Of a stretch of DNA of 64,000 nt, positions 53,279-64,000 are shown one piece after another. The stretch is from assembly GCA_951406725.2 (NCBI GenBank), contig OX597820.1:106392001-106456000 (forward strand), given 5' to 3'. This DNA comes from Octopus vulgaris. Its lineage: Eukaryota. Within the stretch, counting starts at the first letter, position 1. Every line of letters starts with the position of its first letter. Position numbers and translations under genes: made by a program. The notes below the pieces were generated by a model that had not been told where the DNA came from, did no database searches, and saw nothing but the letters and a program-made list of their open reading frames with translations.

Positions 53279-56200
53279 CAGTCTTCTTAACCAGGTGTAG
53301 AATAACATACCTCAATGCTATAGAAATATTATCTTATCACGTTGATGGTTATACACTGTCTCTTTCCATAGTTTCCTTCTTATCACTACCAACATTTGCA
53401 GAATCTTTTACCTTGAAAGTTTTTATTTATTTATTCTAGCGTAAAGTTACTAATATTTTTAGAAGTGGTAGAATATCAGGAACAGTAGTGAAGTTGGTTA
53501 AATACGTAACAGTATCTGATTTTGTTCCTCTCAGGTTCTAAGTTCGAATACTTCTTGAGGCAGTTTAATCCCTTCAGCCATCCAAAACTGATTAAAAGTA
53601 AAAAGTACCAGTTATATATTGAATTTGTATTGATACCTCTCTATACACACTGACTCCCAAACACCAAATATGTGGCCTTGCACCAATGTTAGATAGAAAC
53701 CATTATTATGGCTGGGTAACCATCGAGTCTTTGATCATGATTTGAATAATTTCTCTTTACTTAAATCCCAAAATTCTTGAGAAATGTATGTATGTCACAG
53801 GATCTTGTTCCCACTTCCTTGAAATTCTTTGGCAGTATTTTGTGCAGATAGTAAAGAGGGGCTGATTAGATGTTGTACAATGTCAAATTTAATTGGTTTG
53901 TTCATATTTTCATTTTCAAATCCAGCTAGGGCTGATTTTTACCCTTTTTTTCTCTCCTGGTTCAGAAATATGTTTTACCCCCTTCCCAACTATTAAACTG
54001 ATTTTTAGTCTATTTCTATTTTCTTTTATCTGGAAAAAGTGTTTATGCAAAGAAAATATTTTTTGTTGGAGTTTTGATTTAGAAAACAATCATTTTTATA
54101 ACTTTTGAATATATTGTATGGCCACAGTTCAATGACTGAAACAAGTAAAAGATATATTAAACTTCCCTTTACAGATGCACAGTCTTCACCCAACTTCCAC
54201 CTCATATAAAATATTTCCTCATTTCTTCACCCACTCCCACTCTAATAACCATATATTGAATATTACTTCACCTTGATCATTTTGACCAGTTCTTAATTAT
54301 TTTCTATTAATCAATCAAGAAAGATGCAAATGAACTGAACTAGACAGTTACTGAATGAAACATATTATTGTATTTAGGTTTATCCCTTTCAGTTCTGAAA
54401 TTTAAGTCTTGATGGAACTAATTATATTTTTCATTCCTCTGGGATCAGTAGTTCAAATCCTACTAAAGTCAACTTTGCCTTTAATCCTTCTCTGTGTCAA
54501 TAAATAACAAAAAAAGTACCAGTCTGAGACAGTGCATTAGCAGAATTGTAAGAATGTTGGACCAGGTGCCTTGCAGTTTTTATTCCAGCTCTTTGCATTT
54601 TGAGTTCAAATCCCACTATAGTCTACTTGGTGATATACTTAACCCATCACCCAGTTTAACACTATCATCTGACGATTTTAGGCGCCTTTAGTGGAGTCAG
54701 TACTGTTGCAACTATTTGGGCCAAGTTTCCAGTTTACAGATACCTTCCTTCCTCCCTCTCCTCAATCTCAGGAGCTCTTTAACAGGTTATGGGGATTGCT
54801 TCCTGACTAAAAGATAAAAAAGTATATAAAAAGGTCATTACAATCATCTTTGACCTTCCTATTTATAATTTCCTTAATATATTTGTATAAAATCCTTTAA
54901 TCAATACTTTTTGAAAATCTTCTTGCTCCCTAAGGTAAAAATAAATGGATGTTTAAAAAAATGTGCTCAAAAGTAAATCTATATCCTTTGCTGAGAAATG
55001 CCAAATTGATCAGAGAATGTAATAGTTTGAATGTCCAAGAACCAAATGGTTTTCTAAAGTTCTTCACTTCAAGAATCAAGTACAAAAAATATTTGTATCC
55101 AAAATTGCGAACGTGTGTTTACACATAATTTAATTTCTAAGTTTTCTATCGTAATGAAATTTGATATCATAAAAGCTTGCATGTGTTTCTGTGTGTATAT
55201 ATATATACACACATACATAAACGTAGACTATATGTATATTAACACAAATATATTCAGTTACATGTACACAATGAAATTTTACATTATATTCTCTCTTAAA
55301 TAATTCAGTTTTAAGTTAAAATTTTAATTTTTTTTTAAATTTTTAATTAAAAAAAAAGAAACTGAATTGCAACTTTGTTATTAGTCTTCATATTCTTCAG
55401 ATTTTATCATTTTTGGTCATGTTCTAGCATAAAAGAGATTTTAACTGATGAAGAATTTTCTCTTCCTCTCTCCATTTTTCACCCCACCCTTCTCTCTCTC
55501 TCATACCATTTTTGGTTTTGCTGTCTTTAGTCTCTAGAACAAGAAGCTCACTAATTAAAAACATGGATTCTATCAAAGATCTTAACATTTCTGTTCTTTA
55601 ATGAATACCATCTTTTGCAGATTTAGAAATATTGTAGTGTCTTAAAGTATTTAGCCTAGTTCTTCTTGGTTCTGTCACTGCCAGCTTTGCCTTTCAACTT
55701 TTTGAAAGCAAATGATTTCTAAGTTAAAACACTGAGCCAGAAGAAACAGTAGATAATAGACTAAAAAAAAAACACACTTTACTGTATTTAAACTCATTTT
55801 CTTGATCATGGGTTCAAATAGTACTTGAGTCCATTTCTGACAGTGATAAAATAACAGCAAAATATTTCCTTCTGTTGAGCCTATTATTACATAACAATGT
55901 TATATATAGATATATATAACAATTTTAATATAGGATTTCATATATATAGTTAATAGTGTGTCATAAACATTTTTAGCAACTTATCCAGTGTGTTGTGAAC
56001 TTAAAAAAAGTTGAAATCACTCCACTATGTGGTTCTTCACCTTGTTGAAATAGCAGCCAAATCTTATTCAGATCACATTCTGTTGTTTTAAAGAAAGGGA
56101 CACATTGGATAGTGTGGTCCTTAGTTCCCTGACCATTAGTAAAAGACAGCTGGAATACATTTAGTCATACAACTCAATCTCACTGACCTAGAACTAAGCA

Positions 56201-56723
56201 GTAACAACAAATACCTTATGGTAGTTAATTACATCCCTGTTTTTTATCCCGAAGAGATAAAAGGGGCTTGGTTTAAATCCTAAAATATTTGACACATTCT
56301 ACATATAATCTTTGAAAGATAAAATGCATTATTGTCTGCTGTTTTATTGTTTCTTCTACTCTACTATTTTATCTTGAGGTCTTAACCCTTCTGATATCAA
56401 TTCAGCCTGTGACCCAACTGGGTCTCTAACACAAAGGTCCTGTTTTAAAGTAATCTAAATTAAAACCATTTGTCAAAGTTGACTTTGCCTTTCATCCTTT
56501 TAGGAATTGATAAATTAAGTACTAGTTGAGTAGAAGAGTTGATATAAGCGACCCAATCCACCCCCCAAACTTGCTGACCTTGTGCCAAAATTTGAAATTA
56601 TTTATCATTATTATTATATCTTTTATATCCTCTTTCATTCAGTAATCCACTGAGGAGCCATATAACTTCACTCTAGTTTTATTTACTACTCAATGGCTTC
56701 TCAGAACTTTCCATATTACTCTC

Positions 56724-56834
<111 letters not shown>

Positions 56835-59800
56835 CCTTCAGTCTTCACACATCCTGCTGGACTAAATTACTTTTTACATTTTCCTCATCTATCCTCCCCC
56901 ATCGCACCAACTATCTCCATCAACTGTACCTTCTCTGACTGGTTGTTATGTCCAAGCACTAACTTGTAACAATCCACTGTAAATACCAGTTATACTCTCC
57001 TCCCTCACCTATCAATCACAATTCTCAAGCTCTAAGTCAGCTTTTTACAATGAGAGCAATGATGATAATAATTAGTCATTAAAGTTCAAACACTTGAGTC
57101 AATTTTTGATATTTTTGTATAAATCATTTAAGAATAACAAAGCTTTTACAGAATCTGGATGGAAAAAATAATAAATGCTTATGGTATTTAATTACATCTG
57201 TGTCCCAAATTCAAACCTTGTCGAGACCAACCTTGACCTTCATCCTGCCAAAGTAGCTACAGGCCTGTCCATTCTCTTCAGGATGAGAAAATTATGTGAC
57301 TTTACCTTTCATCCTTTCAGAAGTTGATAAAATAAGTACCAGTTGAGTACTGGAGTTGATATAATCGACTTACCCCCTCTTTGCTGGCCTTGTGCTGCAC
57401 AAAAATACTTGCAGCACATATATGGCACAAGAGTTGTATTACATTATATGAAGGCATGTGATCTGGTGGCTAAGAGTGTTGCACTCGTAGATGTTGGATC
57501 ATGATTTTGATTTCCAGACCAGTAGCATGTTGTGTTTTTGAGCAAAACACTTCATGTTGCTCCTGTCCTCTCACCTGTAAATGGAGAACCCTTTGATGGT
57601 TGTTGCCCCAGCCAAGGGGGAATATTGGCCTTCCCACCTAGCTTGTGGGGTGGCATCATTTAAAATTTGCAACTGTGTGGAGAGGCACATTGTGACCAGC
57701 AGTGTGTAACATCTTAGAGTCAAGTCAATACAGTGATATTTACATTGTAGTAGTGGTGGTGGTGGTACTTGTAAATGCATCAAACTACTATATAAAGGTG
57801 AAAATTTTGTTCATAATAGGCATGGCAGTGTGGTAAGAAACTTGCATGGCACCTTGGGCAGGTGACCTTTACTATAACCTCAGGCTAACCATAGCCTTGA
57901 AAGTAGATTTGGTAGATGGAAACTGAAAGAAGCTCCTCGTATATATGTGTGTTTGTGTTTGTCCCCCAATCACCACTCAGTGCTGGTGTGTTCACATCCC
58001 CTTAACTTAGCCCCAGCATGGCCACAGTCTAATGACTGAAACAAATTAAAAATAAAAGATATCATTGCTTGAACATTTTTCGTGTCACCTGAATTCTTTT
58101 TTTCTTCTAATCTTTTAGTCATTAAGAGAGTTTTGCTCTATTCAGCTTAGAAAGTCGACACCACTTCAAAGGTGTGTTTGTGCAATCATGAGAGGAGATC
58201 AATTGATACAAAGAGAATATGTAGAAGTGGTCACTAACATACATAATATACTAAGTGAACCAAAACATAAATTTTTACTGAATAAAAATCAACTGAAACT
58301 AAATTACAATGGGGCCATCTGTCAGCTCTTTCTTAGTAATTAGTGATAAGTTCAAAGACCACCTGCTACCCACCTCCTTCTCACATACAAGCACACTGCA
58401 TTCTATTTTTAATTAACTTTTATATAAATTCTTTGTTGTCTCCCTTTGTTTTCATTTAGATAATGAGTGGTTCTTCTCACTATGAATGTAATTTCAATAA
58501 ATTAAAAATGCATATATATCTATATTATGTACATGTGCATCCGCTGAACTAGTTATTTTTTAAGCTTCTGGCATCCCTGAGTATATCTCTTCCTCACTAC
58601 TAATTCTTTTCAGTGTAATTTAGCTTATAAACAAGATGTAAGCCTGGTTTGTTTTTACTTTGAGGGACAGGAGGACATGATAAAATAGAGCAGGGAAGTC
58701 AAAAAATGAAATGGTTAAAATGTAGGAAATAGTCACTGACACTGTCGAGTTTTTTGGGGTTTTTTTTTTATTTAATTACTTTAGCTTCATCTTATAATTA
58801 ATCTTACAACCACATTACTTAAGGATTCTCAAACTGACTAATAATCCCAGTGAAATACCTGTGCCCCTTTCTCTTTTTTATTGAGATGTCAAAATTAAAT
58901 TTGTATCCTTCACTATGGTTTTGGATAACTTACAGTGGTTTCTAAACCATTGCAGTTTTACTAACCCTTTATATATCAACTCACCTGAAACTGCTCCTGG
59001 AACTATGATAGAAGCTTTCTGTTTTAAAGTGATCTGAATTAAAACCTTTCATCAAAACTTTGTATCAGTTTGTGTTCCAAACATGAGCCCTTTAACATTG
59101 AGAGTTATTTTATTAAATTCCTCATTATTTTCGAAATTAATTGAAACAAAGGCAGTGTATTTCAACAGAAATATGATAACAAAAAAGCTAAATATGACTG
59201 TGTCCATCCTTCCACTGTTTTTTAAGGACAGGAGTTAGTCAATTATATCAACCCTAGTACTTGACTGGCATTTTATTTTATCAACCCTGAAATGTTGAAA
59301 GGCAAAATTGACCTCCATGGAATTTGTACTCAAAATGTAAAGAGGTGAAAGAAATGCCATTGAGCATTGTTCCAATGCACTAATAACTCAGCCAGTTTTA
59401 CCTCTTAATGATAGTTTCTAATTTAGACATAAGGCCAATAATTTTGAAAGGAGTGGGTTAATCACTACCAACAACCCAGTATTTGACTGGTACTTTATGT
59501 TATTGATACTGAAAGGATGAAAGACAAAGTTGACCTCAACAAAGTTTTGAATGTAAAGACCTGGAAGAAATGCTTCCAAGTGTTTTGTCCAATGTGCTAA
59601 CAATTCTGCCAGTTCTCCCTCTTGATTTAGCAAATCCAGATAGATGAAAAGCAAAGGTGATTACAGCAAGATTTGAACCCACAATAGCAAGATTGAATTT
59701 ACTGTCACCAAGAATTGAAACTGGATTATGTACTCGTTCAACATCACCACAACTACAGTTGGACCTTTTGAAAGACACCCTCTTTTTGATACCCACACTA

Positions 59801-60543
59801 ATAGTGGTGATGTTAGAATTTATATAAATTGCCCTTTGTCTAAACATCATTTTGTCTATGTGTCTTTTTCTAACTACTACTTTTCAAATTTTCATATAGT
59901 TAGCACCTACAACCACTTCACTCTTCATATGTCTTGTTCTTCCTTAATTTAGCGTCACATTCACGCTGGTCTGTTCGATTCGAACCCTATCGCTTTTATT
60001 TGTGATGCATTCAGTGTGGACGATTGCACACCTCTTTCAACTCTTGTATTCAGCAGTTGTTCAGCTTTTTTTTTTTTCAATTCACATCAAATATTTATAC
60101 CAATGGTTTTTAACAGCTTGTTGTTCAGTGTCCCCTATTTACTATATGACATTTTATAGATGCTCTTGCTCTGTGGGTTTTTTTTGTTTTTTTTAGTGGG
60201 GTGGGGAGAACAGATTATTTCATTCAAACAGAAGCTAAGTTTGCACAGTTGTTTATTCATATTTTTTTATACCTTTTTTATCCAGCAAGCACCTCTGACT
60301 CTTTTGATATCAACCTGCCTGAAACTACCCTTGGTCCTATGATACAAATTCCATTTAAAGTGATCTACATTAAAACTTACAACTAGAATTCCATTTCATA
60401 TTCCACACACCAGCTTTATTATGATAAAATTATTTCTCCTAAATTAGTCAGTCTTTTCAAAATTAATTGTAACAAAGACAGTGCATTTCAAAAGAAATAT
60501 GGTTACAAAAGGGCTAGATATTTATATGGATTAGCACCCGCTA

Positions 60544-60961
60544 TCTTTATCTTTTATCTTGTTTCAGTCATTAGACTGCGGCCATGCCAGGGCACCACTT
60601 TGAATTGTTTTTTTTAATCGAATGAATTGACCCCAGTACTCCAGTACTGTTGGTACTGGGGTCCAGCTTGGTACTTATTCTATCGGTCTCTTTTGCTGAT
60701 CCAATAAGTTATGGAGATGCAAACACACCAACACCAGTTGTCAAGCAGTGGTGAGGGGCACAAACAAAGACAGAAAGACACACACACACACACACACATG
60801 ACGGGTTTCTTCCAGTTTCCATCTACTAAATCCACTCACAAGGCTTTGGTTGGCCCGAGGCTACAGTAGAAGACTTTTGTCCAAGGTGCCACGCTGTGGG
60901 ACTGAGCCCGGAACCATATGGTTGGTAGGCATTCTTCTTACCTCACAGCCATGCCTGTGCC
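60544..60961 (-). mobile_element. SINE family A, best-preserved full-length copy
   Basis: Minus strand reads GGCACAGGCATGGCTGTGAGGTAAGAAG...GGTTCCGGGCTCAGTCCCACAGCGTGGCACCTTGGACAAAAGTCTTCTACTGTAGCCTCGGGCC..., with CpGs retained. Confidence 0.9.
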
Positions 60962-62202
60962 TATATTTAAATAATGTTTAAATATTCATGAAAGAACTTA
61001 GGTAATGAAATTATATTCGACATTGGTACATCTCAAGTCAAGTTTCTGCTCACTGATACACCTATATCCTTAGTAGTGCACCTTTTTTCTTTCTTTTCTT
61101 CTTTATAAATATGTTCAGAGAAATAAATGTTGTGTTGAATAGAAGAAAACTTTCCCTGAACTGAAATTGCTAACTTACTACAGTTAGCACTTGTATCTAT
61201 TTCTTTTACATTAACCTTTTTATAATCATGTTTCTAATTAAATACACTGCCTTTGTTTCAATTAATTTTGAATATAACGAAGCATCTAAGCGACTTTGTC
61301 ATTATTAAGATGGTATTTGGAAAATAAATTAACATGAAATTTTGATGGAAGGTTTTGATTTAAATCTCTTTAAAACAGGAAGTTTGTTTCATAGAACCAG
61401 AGATTGTCTCAGCCAGATTGGTATCACAGAAATTAATTCAAGAATTACTCCTACATTTGAAATCAGAAGTGTTAATTAACCTATTAAATGATATCATTTA
61501 TTACTTACAAAGAATGAAATAAAATCAGTGAATTGGCAAAAATCCTGCCAAGACCAATATCTTATTTCTTTTTCTGGGTGTGGTTGATGAAAAAAATACC
61601 AATTTGTGACAGAACTATAAGTTCTGATCGGCAGAAATATAAGAACATTGGTCTGGATGCATTGTAGTATTTGCTCTGGCTCTTTGCATTTTGAGTTCAA
61701 ATCCTGCTACAGTCTACTTGAGTGATAGACTAAATTTGCCAGTTTAACATCACCACCTGATTCCTTAGTGCCTTCCCTCCTGACTAAGTGGTAAATTCTA
61801 TTTATTTTTAACTTTTGTTTGCAAGAAATAATTACATAAGCCAACAAGAAATTCTCTATGTGATCATTTGACTGGACAGAAATAGCAGCCACATCTTCCT
61901 CAAATAACATCCTTCCATCTTGTATAAAGTAAGGACACATGAAATAATACAATCTAAGATACACTGCCTTTAGAAAAAATGGAATAGTCATATCTGGAAT
62001 GCTTTTAATTCATGATATGATTGATTTTGGCTAACCTTGGGCTAAACAACAATGTAATGGCTTATGTCATTTATGTCCAATTAACATTGGTTTATCTTTC
62101 CAGCTATGCTGTTTCAGGTTCAGTCCCAGTGCATAGCATCTTGAGTAAGTGGCTTCTATGAAAGCCTTGTGTATAGAGTTGTAGACAAACTGAAATGCCT
62201 AT

Positions 62203-62493
62203 TGTGTGTGTGTGCGCATGCACATGTGTGTGCGCATGCACATGTGTGTGTGCATGCACATGTGTGTGCGCATGCACATGTGTGTGTGTGTGTGTGTGTG
62301 CACATGTGTGTGCATGCATGCACGTGTGTGTGCACGTGTGTGTGTGCGCATGCACGTGTGTGTGTGCGCATGCACGTGTGTGTGTGCGCATGCACGTGTG
62401 TGTGTGCGCATGCACGTGTGTGTGTGCGCATGCACGTGTGTGTGTGTGCATGCACGTGTGTGTGTGCGTGTACACATGCACGTGTGTGTGTGT
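62203..62493. repeat. alternating purine-pyrimidine minisatellite, 20-bp unit TGTGTGCGCATGCACGTGTG
   Basis: Five exact units at 62341-62440 plus variants; occupies the microsatellite slot of a family B SINE. Confidence 0.9.
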
Positions 62494-62719
62494 GGGTGCC
62501 CTTGTCTTGACATTTTGAGACAGTTGTGTCACCACCATACAAGTAGTGTTGTTTGTTTTCAGTCTTCCATGAAAGCATCTCTGGCCTTGAGGAAATATTA
62601 CGTTGCTTGGTAAACAAGAGAAAGTTGGCAGCAGGAAGTATATCCAGCCATAGAAAATCTGCCTCACAAATTCCTTCTAACTCAGGCAAGCATGGAAAAT
62701 TGATGATAATTGGTCCATT

Positions 62720-62900
62720 CAGACAAGTTTCACCTGATCTGGTCTCGTGTTTTACCATATGATGTGTACTTGATCTCTTATGCTATTAATTACTATGATA
62801 GTCTGTACTCCTCTGAATTTTGGAACTCTCTGCCAGACACCTTTTAAACTCACCTCCCTTCTGCTTATTACTATTATTATGTCTCCTATCCAAGACCTTG
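62720..62900 (+). mobile_element. possible CR1/Jockey-group LINE 3' relic
   Basis: Only the FWNSLP motif (TTTTGGAACTCTCTGCCA) supports it. Confidence 0.3.
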
Positions 62901-64000
62901 TTCTGATATCTTCATCACCCACCTGTGAGACTCCTCCTACTTCTCTGTAGTTTTCTTTCATTCAAAGGTTGAACGTTTTGGACCCAACTGATCCTTCTTT
63001 TCCTCTTTCTCGAACTAACTGATAAAGACTTAAGTGGTAGGAGCAGTAACATTGTTAATGTAACAAGTCCCAAAAATATATTTAATGAATTAAATTTACA
63101 CCCATAGTTAAGACAAAAAGTCATTAGCTTTGATTATATGATTCTGGTCAAGGAAAAGCAGGAAGATGATACCAAGACACTAATTAATTAAAAATAGATC
63201 ATGGTGGGGAATGCACTGAATTATTGTAAGTCTGATCTTTGTCAAATAAGGTGACAGCTATCAATATGTTTTGGTCTTATGCATCCTCCTGGTGGTGTTT
63301 GTTTTATTTAACATCTGTTTTCTTCTATGCTAGCAAGGCTTTGATAGGATGTAAGGCATTCTATGGCCAGATGCACTTCTTGTCACCAACCTTTACATGT
63401 TTTTCAAGTAAGCTAGCCGATAATTTGTTGACTGGAAATTTCAACAAATGTCACAATTTGCAGCTTGCTGCAAATGGTAACATCACTGTATGTGGCCATA
63501 GCTCAGACACATATACACATATATTTATACACACATGCATGTGTGTATAAATATGTGTATAATGTACATACATACATATGTACATACAGTAATCAGACAA
63601 AAAATTAAGGTCGTTTGTATATAATTCTATTCAGTGTTATGATTGTTTCAAATATCTAGAGGAACTGTTTCCTCACTTTACAATAATTTGTATACATAAT
63701 TAATCAATTAATGGAACTGTTAACCCTCAACTGTTTTCCTCACATGGAGTGCTAACTAAGGTATTTGCATGGATTTCTTCAATCCTTGTTTTCTATCAAT
63801 GACACACACACACACACACATATACTAGGAGCTTCTTTCAGTACCCATCTGTAAAATTCCTTCACATAGCATTGGTCATCCTTGGCCTATATTAGAGAAC
63901 ACTTGCCTGAGGTACCATACATTGGTATTGAACCCTAACCCAAATGAACTTCTCAGCCTTACAGCAATCCCAGCACTTTATATGTCAATAAAATGTACAC

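Noticed and set aside
59536-59952. Overlapping 74-104 aa ORFs in unique-looking sequence
   Set aside because: No recognisable domain or splice boundaries, and part of the ORF runs into a SINE.
62104-62758. ORFs of 104-200 aa rich in H/T/C/V/A
   Set aside because: Translations of the 20-bp minisatellite and SINE.

Overview
AT-rich, repeat-dense eukaryotic DNA. The repeat families and style point to an octopus (cephalopod) genome; this is pattern recognition, not a database result. The window looks mostly intronic, within one large + strand gene. One well-supported proline-rich coding exon lies at 32138-32330, with several small phase-compatible candidate exons (12449, 22252/22286, 25520, 51061, 52238). 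The rest is tRNA-derived SINEs (three or four families), RTE and R4/Dong-type LINE relics, a decayed mariner transposase, piggyBac-, hAT- and mariner-type MITEs, and very long CA/TA microsatellites. The long ORFs in the supplied track are microsatellite artefacts. The most unusual signal is a set of small type-I hammerhead ribozyme motifs from at least four unrelated sequence families (3.8-4.0 kb, 14.9 kb, 15.8 kb, 21.0/49.7 kb). One sits in a 363-bp retrozyme-like unit with a 33-bp terminal direct repeat, and its core carries a compensatory U3-A8 pair in place of C3-G8. There are also long hairpins (38.6-38.9 kb, 3.8-4.0 kb, 23.9-24.0 kb) and multi-level nested insertions targeting TA microsatellites.
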